Assembly (NCBI GenBank): GCA_963745075.1
Contig: CAVUWV010000036.1
Location: 96,001-160,000 of the forward strand
Source of the DNA: Candidatus Hydrogenedentota bacterium
Lineage (GTDB): Bacteria; Hydrogenedentota; Hydrogenedentia; Hydrogenedentales; SLHB01
Direction: 5' to 3'
Length of the DNA: 64,000 nt
Shown: positions 37,515 to 47,819 of the stretch, piece after piece
How positions within the stretch are numbered: position 1 is the first letter of the stretch
Layout of the letters: each line of letters begins with the position of its first letter
Notes under the pieces: model-generated
The model's database searches: none
What the model was told of the DNA's origin: nothing
The model's input: the letters and a program-made list of their open reading frames with translations, nothing else
Program-made: the position numbers and the translations under genes

Positions 37515-40500
37515 ATGATGAGAAGTCTTTACGCTACGGTTGTATTCTGTCTGCTCGCGGTAGGGCTGGTGCCCGGTGTCTACGCCGAGGCGGAGGTCGC
37601 GTTCGATACGGATGTGCGACCCATCCTCGAATCCAATTGCTTTGGATGCCACGGTCCGGAGAAGCAAAAATCCGATCTCCGACTCGACTTGGAGGTAACG
37701 GCACTCCGGGGAGGCGAATCCGGAGCGGTGATCATCATCGGCGACGCGGACGGGAGCCGGCTGATCCAGTTGGTGTCGGGCCAAGACCCGGACTTGGTGA
37801 TGCCGCCCAAGGGCGACCGGCTGACGGACGACCAAATCGGGGTGTTGAAGCAGTGGATCGCGGAAGGCGCGGTCTGGGACACAAGCGCGGCACCACCGGC
37901 CGCGACCCCGGCGAAACCTGCCGAAACGACACCGGAAAACACGCCCCCCGCTGAGACCCCTCCCGAACCGCCTGCACCCGCCACACCCAAACCTGAAACG
38001 GCCCCCGATGCCGTGCCCGCGGCACAGCCTGCGGCCGATACTTCGATCTTTGCGTCGGACATCCAACCCATCCTTGCGGAGCGGTGCTTCGCCTGCCATG
38101 GCCCGGACAAACAGAAGAGCGGCCTGCGGTTGGATATGCGGGAAACCGCTCTGAAAGGCGGCGATACCGGCGTCGCCATCACGCCGGGCGACCCGGATAA
38201 CAGCCTGCTGATTCAACTGGTGTCCGGCGCCGATCCGGACCGCCAGATGCCGCCCAAAGGCGACCCCTTGACCGCCGAACAAATCGCAAAACTGAAGGCG
38301 TGGATCGCCGCCGGGGCCGAATGGCCCGAAGCGGCTTCCGACACACCGGTGCAGGTGGCGACGGATCATTGGGCCTTCCAGAAGATCGTCCGGCCCGACG
38401 TGCCGGCCGTGAAAGACACGGATTGGCCGAGCAACGACATCGACCGGTTCATTCTCGCGAAACTCGAGAGCGAAGGCATCACGCCGTCGCCGGAGGCGGA
38501 CAAGGTCACGCTGGCCCGCCGTCTCTACTTCGATCTCATCGGCATTCCCCCGACGCCGGAACAGGTGGATCGGTTCGTCAACGACGATTCGCCGTCGGCC
38601 TATGGCCGGCTCGTGAATCAGTTGCTGGCATCCCCCCACTTCGGCGAACGCTGGGGCCGCTACTGGCTGGACCTCGCCCGCTACGCCGACAGCGACGGCT
38701 ACGAGAAAGACGGCGTGCGGCCCTACGCCTACCGGTATCGCGACTGGGTCATCGACGCGTTAAACCGCGACATGCCCTACGACCAGTTCGCGATCGAACA
38801 GTTGGCGGGTGACTTGCTTCCCGGCGCCGACACGAGCGACCTGATGGCGACCGGTTTTCAACGGAACACCCTGACCAACAAGGAAGGCGGCATCGACCCC
38901 GAAGAGGATCGCGTGAAACAAGCCGTCGACCGGACGAACACGACGGCGACCGTGTTCCTGGGCCTGACCTTGGGCTGCGCGCAGTGCCATTCCCACAAGT
39001 ACGATCCCATCAGCCAGCGCGAGTACTACCAGTTCTACGCGTTTTACAACGCGGCCATGGAGAAAGACGTCCCCGCGCCGCTGCCCGGCGAGGAGATGGC
39101 GTACAAGCAGGCCCTGGATCGGTTCAACCAACAGGTCGGCGACGTGCGCAAAGTCGTGGACGACTATCGCGCGAAACTCGCCGAGAAACTTCCGGAATGG
39201 GAAGCGGGGTTGGACGTTCCGCCCGAGGGGTGGACGGTCCTCGACCCCGCCAGTTACACCTCCACCGGCGGCAGCGAGTTCAAGGAGCTGGACGATAACT
39301 CGCTCCTGGTGACGCGGCACGCTGGCCCCGACGGACAAGTACACGATCGTCGCCCGTTCACGGGAGATCGGGCTGAAGACCTTCCGGCTGGAAGCGTTGA
39401 CCGATGATTCCCTGAGCAACAAGGGTCCGGGCCGCGCCGCAAACGGCAACTTCGTGTTGGGCGAATTCGAGGTCTACGCGGCCCCCATGAACGACCCCAA
39501 CAACATGACGAAAGTGCAGTTGGTCCGGCCCAAGGCGGATTTTGAAGAACCGGAACACGAAGTGGCGCTCGCCATCGACGGCAATCCCGATTCCGGGTGG
39601 GCCATCTACCACGACGGCAATTTTAATGAGAGCCGCTACGCAACATTCGAGACCGACGAAGGCATCGGCTATCCGGACGGCACGATCCTGACCTTCGTGT
39701 TGGACCAGCGTTACGGCCGCGCGCACAACATCGGCCGGGTGCGCTTGTCGGTGTCGAAACTGCCGGCGGACACCATCAAGTATTCCGACCAAGTTTATGC
39801 GGCACTCAAGACGCCGGTCGAGGAGCGCACCGACGACCAGAAGAAAACGCTGCTCGATTATTACTGCAATCTCGATCCGAAATATCGCGAATTGCGAGCG
39901 CCCCTGGACGAATTGCTGAAGGCCAAACCGCAGCCGCCGAAAACGATGGCGCAAGCGTTGGTGCGCAATCCCGACCCGCCGAAATCATTCATCCATATCC
40001 GCGGTGATTTCCTGAACAAAGGCGATGAGGTGCAGCCCGGCGTGCCGGCGGTGTTGCCGCCGCTGAAACCGCGGGGCGACACACCCGACCGGCTTGACTT
40101 GGCGCGCTGGATCGTCGAGCCGGACAACCCGTTGACTCCGCGCGTCTACGTGAACCGGCTCTGGCAACGCTTGTTCGGACGCGGCATCGTGGCGACCCCG
40201 GAAGACTTCGGGACGCGCTGCGAACCGCCGTCCCATCCCCAGTTGCTGGATTGGCTCGCGGAAGAAGCCATCGCCGCGGGGCTGGAGCACGAAAGACATG
40301 ATCCGGCTCATCGTGAATTCGTCGACGTACAAGCAGTCCTCCGACGTGCGGCCGGAAATCTACGATCGCGACCCCGAAAACCGGTTGCTCGCGCGGCAGA
40401 GCCGGTACCACGTGGAAGCGGAAATCACGCGCGACGCCTATCTCGCGGCGGGCGGTTTGCTGAACGCAGACGTGGGCGGGCCGAGCATTCGTCCCCCGCA

Positions 40501-41020
40501 GCCGCCGGGTATCGCGGAACTCGGTTACGCCGGGTCGATCAAATGGCAGGAGGACACGGGGCCCGCGAAATACCGCCGCGGCTTGTATATTTTCTTCCAG
40601 CGGACGGTGCCCTATCCCATGCTGATGACCTTCGACTGCCCGGATTCCAACTCGGCGGAAGTCCGGCGCGACCGGTCCAATACGCCGCTGCAGGCGCTGA
40701 CGCTGCTGAACGATCCCGTATTGTTCGAGTGTGCCCAGGCCTTGGGCGGTCGTATTCTCACCGAAGCGCCGAAAGATGAAGACAGCCGCGTCCGGTTCGC
40801 CTTCCGCGAATGCATGGGACGCGAGCCGTCCGACGCGGAATTGACGCGTCTGAAACAGTTTCTGGACAGCCAGGAGTCGGCGTTCCAGGCGAACCCGGAG
40901 GTCGCGGCGAAATTTGCCGACCAGCATGTGCCGGAAGACGTTGATGCGCCGGAACGCGCGTCTTACGTGGCCTTGGCGCGCGTTATCATGAATCTCGACG
41001 AATTTATCACGAGGGAGTAG
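37515..41020 (+). CDS. Planctomycete cytochrome c / DUF1549 / DUF1553 (PSD1) protein, split by two +1 frameshifts (about 39315 and 40280)
   Basis: CFGCHG and CFACHG domains, HWAF, RRLYFDLIG, WLDLARYADS, CAQCHSHKYDP, NPLTPRV.VNRLW, HPQLLDWLA, NTPLQAL.LLND. Confidence 0.9.
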
Positions 41021-41022
41021 GC

Positions 41023-42520
41023 ATGGAATCGAATATCGAACGCATTCTCAAATCCCGGCGGGAGTTTTTGACCACGACGGCCAGCGGCATCGGTGGGCTT
41101 GCCTTGACGTCGATGCTCTTTGAGAACGGGGTTTTGGCCCATGCCGATGAGTTGCCGGAAGTGGACGAACCCCCTCGCGCCGAAGAAGCCCGACTTCGAG
41201 CCGAAGGCCAAGGCCTGCATCTGCATCTTCATGGCCGGCGCGCCCAGCCAGATCGACCTCTTCGATCCCAAGCCGAAGCTGAACGAACTCGACGGCCAGC
41301 CGCTCCCCGAGTCCATGACGAAAAACGTCCGCTTTGCCTTTATCCAGAAAGGACACGGCCGTGTTGCGGGGCAGCCCGCGCACCTTCACCCCCTACGGCG
41401 AATGCGGCATGGAGCTTTCGGATCTCTTGCCGCACATCGGGTCCTGCGCGGACGACATCGCGCTGATCCGGTCCATGCACACGGAAGCTTTCAACCACCA
41501 TCCCGGCCAGACCATGATGAACACCGGCGTGATGACCTTCGGGCGGCCGGTCATGGGGTCGTGGCTCACCTACGGGCTCGGCTCCGAGTCGCAGAACCTG
41601 CCCGGCTACGTCGTGCTCACCGCCGGCCGCGGGGCGACGGGCGGCGCGTCGAACTGGTCCAGCGGATTCCTGCCATCAACGTACGAAGGCGTGCTTTTCC
41701 GCAACCAGGGCGATCCCGATCCTGCACTCTGACCAATCCCGGCGACCTGCCGCACGACTGCCAGCGGCTCGGCCTGGATGCCATCCACGACATGAACCAA
41801 TTAAAATACCAGGAGACCCTCGACCCGGAGATCCTGTCGCGCATCTCCACCTACGAACTGGCGGGACGCATGCAGGTGGAAGCGCCCGAACTGATCGATT
41901 TCTCCAACGAATCACAAGACACTCTCGACGCCTACGGCGTGAACCGCACCGAAGGCGAGACGTGGAAGAAACTGCGCAGCGGCGGGCCGGACGAGTTCCA
42001 GACCTTCGCGACGAATTGCCTGCTCGCGCGGCGGATGGTCGAGCGCGGCGTGCGGTTCATCAACATCTACCACGCCACCTGGGACCACCATTCCGACCTC
42101 GATTCCCGGCTGCCTTTCAACTGCATGATGTGCGACCAGCCCATCGCGGCGTTGCTCAAGGATCTGAAACAGCGCGGTCTGCTCGATTCGACCATGGTCA
42201 TCTGGATGGGCGAATTCGGACGCACGCCCCTCGGCGAAAACCGCGCCGGATTCCGAACGCCTAACACGGGCCGCGACCACCACCCCTTCGCGTTCAGCAC
42301 GTGGCTGGCCGGCGGCGGCGTCAAAGGCGGCCAGGTCATCGGCGAAACCGACGAAATCGGCTGGAACATCGTCAAGGACCCGATCCACGTGAACGATTTC
42401 CACGCGACCATGCTGCACCTCTTCGGTCTCAACCACCTGAAGCTCACGTACCGGTACCAGGGCCGCGACTTCCGTCTCACCGACGTGGCCGGCAAACTCG
42501 TTCCGCAATTGATCGCCTAA
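41023..42520 (+). CDS. DUF1501 sulfatase-like protein with Tat signal, split by frameshifts (about 41165, 41349, 41720)
   Basis: SRREFL, MAGAPSQIDLFDPKP, GSWLTYGLGSE..NLPGYV, CLLARRMVERGVRF, WDHH, GEFGRTP, GRDH. Confidence 0.9.
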
Positions 42521-42522
42521 TC

Positions 42523-42617
42523 ACTGGAAACGCCATGCACCAGCGTGGCGGGGTTTTGAGCGGACCACCTCGGGCTTCGCGGCAGAAATCGCCACGCTGG
42601 TGCATGGCGCTCCCAGT
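42523..42617. repeat. REP-like inverted repeat pair
   Basis: CGCCATGCACCAGCGTGGCG (42531-42550) and its perfect reverse complement (42590-42609), extended by ACTGG/CCAGT. Confidence 0.85.
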
Positions 42618-42724
42618 AACTCCCCGACCTGATATCTCGCCTTCCGTGAATAGACCCATGCACGGTGGTCAAATTGTGTTACGATGACTTCTCCGGTGGC
42701 ACGGCGGGTAGGAGGTACGCAGGC

Positions 42725-43579
42725 ATGGCGATGCATGAACTCATCTGCACGGAAGTCTGGGGCGGCAACGGGAACATCTCCACCGACCTGGTAATCCCCG
42801 GCCTCAATGGCTTTCTCTACTCCCAATCCAGCGAAGGGCACAAAGGCGGCGACGTGTATTACGCCACGGCCTGTTCCGGCGGCTTGGTGAGCCGCCTGTA
42901 TCTCGCGGACGTGACCGGCCACGGCGAACCCGTGGTGCGTATCAGCCACTGGATGCACGACATCCTTCGCGACATCGTCAACTACGAGGAACCCGCGCTT
43001 GTCTTCAACGCCCTGAACGAACGCGTTCACGAATTCGGCCTGGACGCTATGACCACCGCTGCATCCATGACCTTCAATTCCATCGATCGGAAACTCACGG
43101 TCTGCTACGCGGGCCACCCGCCCATGCTCGTTTGTCCGCCGGGCGAAGGCACGTGGAAACCACTCGATCTGGAGTCCGACCGAATGGAGAACGGCGAGGT
43201 GCGGAACCTTCCCCTTGGCGTCTCGGAAAGAACCGAATACCGCCACGCGCGCTTTCCCCTCGACGATGGTTCCCGCATCTTCATCTATTCCGACGGCCTC
43301 ACGGAAACGCCGAATGCCGAGAGGCAACTGTTCGGTACCGACCGTTTGCTGAGCGTGTTGTCGGCGGTGGCGGGCAAACCGCTCCCAGACGCCGCGCGTG
43401 AACTGATCGCGGCCTTCACCGAACATGCGGGCACCGACACCCCCGGTCACGACGACATCACCTTCGCCCTGCTTGAAGTCGCCCCGAAGCGAACAGCGCC
43501 CCTGATCGTGCAGGTCATCGGCAACAAGATCCGCAATCTCTTCAAGCGCGAAGAAAACGAACCCGTCGGCGCGACGTAA
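42725..43579 (+). CDS. Stand-alone SpoIIE/PP2C family phosphatase
   Basis: CTEVWGGN, GGDVY, LADVTGHG, AGHPP, YSDGLTE, DDIT; AGGAGG RBS. Confidence 0.88.
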   Translation: MAMHELICTEVWGGNGNISTDLVIPGLNGFLYSQSSEGHKGGDVYYATACSGGLVSRLYLADVTGHGEPVVRISHWMHDILRDIVNYEEPALVFNALNERVHEFGLDAMTTAASMTFNSIDRKLTVCYAGHPPMLVCPPGEGTWKPLDLESDRMENGEVRNLPLGVSERTEYRHARFPLDDGSRIFIYSDGLTETPNAERQLFGTDRLLSVLSAVAGKPLPDAARELIAAFTEHAGTDTPGHDDITFALLEVAPKRTAPLIVQVIGNKIRNLFKREENEPVGAT

Positions 43580-43702
43580 TTTGCGCGGGTCCATTTCGTC
43601 CATCGAGTCCATACTCTCCATTTCCCTGCGGATCGCTTGTAATATCGGTCGTATGCCGGTAGCCTCAATGCATGATTTATCGTCTAGCGAGAGGGGGATC
43701 CG

Positions 43703-44902
43703 ATGCCAAAGCCACTGGTTTTCATGGCCGCCGTCTTCGCGTTGATCTGCTGCGCGCGCGCTAGCGTCGCGGATAGGGTCCCGATCGGCCCCTTCGATCC
43801 GGAGGCCTCTGCGGACCATCAGCGAATGCTGCAAGCAGCCTTCGATGCAGCGGGTTCCGGTCATCACGTCTTTGTCGTCGCGCCCGGTGCGTATTCATTC
43901 ACCGATCCCAAAGGGGTGCGGTTGCCCGGCGACTGCATTGTCATCCTGCGGGGCGCGCGGTTCGTGTGGGCGGAAGATGTGAACGAGGACGGCCAGACCT
44001 TCCTGTTGGATGGCGTATCGAACGTTACCCTTGAAGGCGGCGCGATCGTTGGCCGCCGCGACGTTCGGGATCCCGGTGTAAACGTTGCCGGCCTGCGCGC
44101 GACCGGGGATTGCCACGATATTCAGATTGCCGATCTCACTTGTCGCGATCTGACCAGCAACGCCTTCGGGTTCTTCGGCAAAGAAGACGTTCCCATGTCC
44201 GGCGTCACGCTGATGCGCGCACATGCCTACAACTGCTGCAACTTCTATGGCGACTACCTTTCCGATCGCGTCGGGCCGGCCGAAGGCAGCGTCCGCGAAG
44301 ACCAGGGCACGGTCGCCATGTACCACGTGAACGACTGGCTCGTGGACGGGTGTTGGTTTGAAGGGTCGCAGTCCGACGGCACGCATTTCTACCACTCCCA
44401 TCGCGGCCGCTTCATGAACTCCGTCGTGCGCGGCAGCAAGATGGGTGGCTATTTCATCGAGGGCTGCGAGGACGTTATCGCCGCGAACAATCACATCGAC
44501 CATAACGGTTCCCGGGGCTGCACCATCGAACGCAACAGCCGCGACTGTCTGCTCGTCAACAATATCGTGTCCGACAGCGGCCGCGAAGGACTCTGGGCGC
44601 CGGACGTGGAAGGCATTCTCGTTGAGAACAACATCTTCCGGACCAACGGCCGCAAGGACGACGCGGACAAAGACTGCGAAGTCCGCATCGACGAAAGCGA
44701 GAAGTTTGAAGTGCAGACGCGCGACATCCGTGTCGAAGGGAACATCTTCTACACCACCCCGGAACAAACCGCCGCCGTGTATCTCAGCGACGGCGTAACC
44801 GATGTCGTCGTCCAGAACAACACGTTTCGCGGCGAAGCACCGGTGGTGTTGTTATCCGAGGAAACAGGGAAAGTGAATACGGTCGCTGCGGAACGGCAAT
44901 GA
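43703..44902 (+). CDS. Secreted right-handed beta-helix protein
   Basis: Signal peptide; LQAAFDAA...PGAY; repeated xxNNxx beta-helix rungs. Confidence 0.8.
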   Translation: MPKPLVFMAAVFALICCARASVADRVPIGPFDPEASADHQRMLQAAFDAAGSGHHVFVVAPGAYSFTDPKGVRLPGDCIVILRGARFVWAEDVNEDGQTFLLDGVSNVTLEGGAIVGRRDVRDPGVNVAGLRATGDCHDIQIADLTCRDLTSNAFGFFGKEDVPMSGVTLMRAHAYNCCNFYGDYLSDRVGPAEGSVREDQGTVAMYHVNDWLVDGCWFEGSQSDGTHFYHSHRGRFMNSVVRGSKMGGYFIEGCEDVIAANNHIDHNGSRGCTIERNSRDCLLVNNIVSDSGREGLWAPDVEGILVENNIFRTNGRKDDADKDCEVRIDESEKFEVQTRDIRVEGNIFYTTPEQTAAVYLSDGVTDVVVQNNTFRGEAPVVLLSEETGKVNTVAAERQ

Positions 44903-44994
44903 GGATTTGTTCAGCGACGGCGTGACATGAGGCGTTTCACCATGGCTATCATAGACCGGGTATGCGGACGGAGCAAATACAGGGAGAATTCACA

Positions 44995-46248
44995 ATGCGG
45001 AACCGAACTCAGCCTGGAAGGGCAATAGTTGCGATGCATGTACTTTCCGCACTGGTATGCGCCTTTATCGCAATTCCCGCCGTCGCCGCGAATGGTGAGG
45101 GGTTATGGATGCAGGTGTATTCCTACGACCTGCCGGGCGAGCAGGCGTATTACGACGACCTCACCAAAGCGTATGCCGCCGAACCCGGTTCGCCGTCCGT
45201 GCGCATCACGCTCGAGAAGTGGGACCACGCCCACGATCAGATCGCCGCGTGGTTTGAATCGGGAACCGGACCCGACTTGATCGTCGTGCCGGACATCTGG
45301 CTCGCGGAATTCGCGGACGACATCGAACCGTTCGAGTCCTACGTCGACCCAGCAATGCAAAACGAATTCTTCGACGTCCTCTACCAGAAAGGCATTTACA
45401 AGGGCCATCTGCTCGGCCTGGTGTGGGCCACGTCGACGAAGGCCTTGTTCTACCGCACCGACCTGTTCGAGAAGGCCGGTCTCGAACCACCGAAGACCTG
45501 GGCCGAGGAACTCGGCGCGGCGGTGGCCTTGAACGATCCCCCGAACGTGTACGGCCTCGGACTTCCCGGCGCGCGCGAGTATGAAACCGACGACAATTTC
45601 TTCTTCTACTTCTGGTCCGCGGGCGGACGGTTCTTCGATGCCAACGGCAAGTGCACGCTGAACAGCGACGCGGGCGTGCAGGCCTTACAGTTCTACTGCG
45701 ACCTCGTGAACAAATATCACGTCACCCAACCCGAAGTCACCGCCTGGAACCGGAAACAGACGCGCGGCCTCCTGGAACAAGGCAAGCTCGCCATGTTTGC
45801 CACCGGTCCCTGGGGCATCGAACAGATGCGCAAGAACGCGCCCAGAGTCCCCTTCGCCGTCGTGCCGCTACCCATCCTGAAGGAACCCGTCACGCAGATC
45901 ATCACCGACCATCTGGTGTTGGCCAAGTATTCACCACGCAAAGACGAGGCCGCCCGTTTCGTGCAGTTCGCGTACCAGGATCAGTACCGCCTCGCCTTTG
46001 CGAAGAAGGGCATCCTCCCCGAAAAGAAGGCCGTCGCTGCTGACGCCCACTTCCAGGACGACCCCAACTGGAAAGTCTTTGTCGACGTCATCCCATACGG
46101 CCACACTATCCCGCTCATGCACTGGGAAGAAATCGGCACCGCCATCCGCGAAGCTATGTACCAGGCCCTAACCGGAAGGAAGACGCCAAAGGAAGCCCTT
46201 GATAACTTGGCAACGGAGGTCAACAAACTCGTCGCGGCACAAAAATGA
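44995..46248 (+). CDS. Sugar ABC transporter substrate-binding protein
   Basis: GPDL, ALFYRTDLFEKAGLEPPKTW, GKLAMFATGPW, KTPKEAL. Confidence 0.9.
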   Translation: MRNRTQPGRAIVAMHVLSALVCAFIAIPAVAANGEGLWMQVYSYDLPGEQAYYDDLTKAYAAEPGSPSVRITLEKWDHAHDQIAAWFESGTGPDLIVVPDIWLAEFADDIEPFESYVDPAMQNEFFDVLYQKGIYKGHLLGLVWATSTKALFYRTDLFEKAGLEPPKTWAEELGAAVALNDPPNVYGLGLPGAREYETDDNFFFYFWSAGGRFFDANGKCTLNSDAGVQALQFYCDLVNKYHVTQPEVTAWNRKQTRGLLEQGKLAMFATGPWGIEQMRKNAPRVPFAVVPLPILKEPVTQIITDHLVLAKYSPRKDEAARFVQFAYQDQYRLAFAKKGILPEKKAVAADAHFQDDPNWKVFVDVIPYGHTIPLMHWEEIGTAIREAMYQALTGRKTPKEALDNLATEVNKLVAAQK

Positions 46249-46283
46249 AATGTAGGCGGCGAGTGCGTCATAGCGTCTTTCCG

Positions 46284-47060
46284 TTATCCCACCAGCGCCA
46301 GCACCTCGCGCAGATCCGTAATCTCCCAGCGCGGCGTTACCCCGTTCGCCCGCTCGCGGACGCGATTGATCCACGCACCCGGAATCCCATGCGCCTGCGC
46401 GCCACCGATGTCGCGCGGCAAATTGTTCCCGACCATGATCGCCTCTTCCGCCCGAACCCCCGCAGCGTCCAGCGCAGCATCAAACATCCGGGCGTCCGGC
46501 TTCGAGACCCCGACTTCGCCCGACACGACGACACCTTTGAAGTATGGCGTGAATCCGGCCGCTTCCACTTTCGTCCGCTGATGATGACCGGGGCCGTTTG
46601 TCACCAGCACCAGCGGAAACCGTTCCACCAGCGCGTCGAGCACTTCGAACGTCTCCGGATAGATCCGGTGATGGGCGTGGCGATTCGCGACGTACCGCTC
46701 CAACAATTCGTCGCCCAAGCCATCGTCCTCAATACCGAACGCCGCCAGCCCGTTGCGGAAGAATCCCCGCCGATACCACTCCAGCCACTCGACCATCGCT
46801 TCCGCATGCGGCGCGTTCGCATCATAATCGGCGGACAAGAGATCCGACGACCCTGCGTCGATGGCGCGGAGGTGGTCAATGCCCGGCGCCGTCCGAAACG
46901 CCTCGCGCCCCAGCAAGCGCGCCTTCGCGAAAAACTCATCGACCGGAATTCCGTGCCGCTCCTCCACCGGCGCGCACGCTACCCGGTACGCCGCCACCAG
47001 CGGCCCTTCCTCTTCCATCAATGTATCGTCGAGATCGAAAAACACAGCGCCAACGGACAT
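46284..47060 (-). CDS. HAD family hydrolase
   Basis: FDLDDTL, VTNG, SKPD, MVGNNL..DI.GA. Confidence 0.9.
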   Translation of the reverse strand: MSVGAVFFDLDDTLMEEEGPLVAAYRVACAPVEERHGIPVDEFFAKARLLGREAFRTAPGIDHLRAIDAGSSDLLSADYDANAPHAEAMVEWLEWYRRGFFRNGLAAFGIEDDGLGDELLERYVANRHAHHRIYPETFEVLDALVERFPLVLVTNGPGHHQRTKVEAAGFTPYFKGVVVSGEVGVSKPDARMFDAALDAAGVRAEEAIMVGNNLPRDIGGAQAHGIPGAWINRVRERANGVTPRWEITDLREVLALVG

Positions 47061-47087
47061 TGCATTCCTCTTCGTTACGCGGATGAA

Positions 47088-47819
47088 CTACACCCGCAAC
47101 TCCGCAATCAATGGGGCGTGGTCGGACGCCACCAGCGCCCGCAAAGTACGCCCAAGCCGAACACGTTCCGTCGTGACGTCCGGCGTCACCCAAAAATAGT
47201 CCAACCGCCGCAGCCCCATCCACGTGGCAAGAGCCCGTCCGTTTTCACGGGCGGCATCCTTCAGGCACTGGCCGAGCTTTCCATACAGGGCGCTGGACGG
47301 ACCAAAGTTCAGATCGCCGCACAGAATTCCCGGCGGGTGAAACGCTTCGTTTCGTATCCACGCGTCGCTCAGCAAAACGTCCAACTGATCGGCCTGACAG
47401 GACCGCTGGAAATCCAGGTGCGTGTTCACGATCTGAACCTTCCGGCGCCGCACGACGATTTCCACCCAATGTGCGCCGCGGGGTTCATGAAAACCGCGCG
47501 CGGGCAGGGGCGCCGATTTCACATGACGCATGGGCAACCGGCTGAGGATCGCGGAACCGTACTCGCCCTCTTCCCAGTGTGCGGCGGGGCTGAAATAGTG
47601 GTCCATTTCCAGCCGATCGGCCAAATGGCTCGCCTGGCCGATGAAATCAGAACGCGACCGGCCCGCGTCCAGTTCCTGCAATGCGATCACGTCCGCGTCG
47701 CACGCCTCGAGTACACGGGCGATCCGGGCTTCGCTCCGGCGTCCGTCAAGGCCTTTGCAGCCATGTACGTTGTACGTGACTAGGGTCAACCGCTCACCCA
47801 TCGGCGGCCTCCCCGTCAT
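47088..47819 (-). CDS. Endonuclease/exonuclease/phosphatase family protein
   Basis: TYNVH, IALQE, NTHL, CGDLN, LDY, ASDHAP. Confidence 0.9.
   Translation of the reverse strand: MTGRPPMGERLTLVTYNVHGCKGLDGRRSEARIARVLEACDADVIALQELDAGRSRSDFIGQASHLADRLEMDHYFSPAAHWEEGEYGSAILSRLPMRHVKSAPLPARGFHEPRGAHWVEIVVRRRKVQIVNTHLDFQRSCQADQLDVLLSDAWIRNEAFHPPGILCGDLNFGPSSALYGKLGQCLKDAARENGRALATWMGLRRLDYFWVTPDVTTERVRLGRTLRALVASDHAPLIAELRV

Noticed and set aside
41150..41730. Programmed ribosomal frameshifting in DUF1501
   Set aside because: Several shifts without slippery heptamers, matching the window-wide insertion-error pattern
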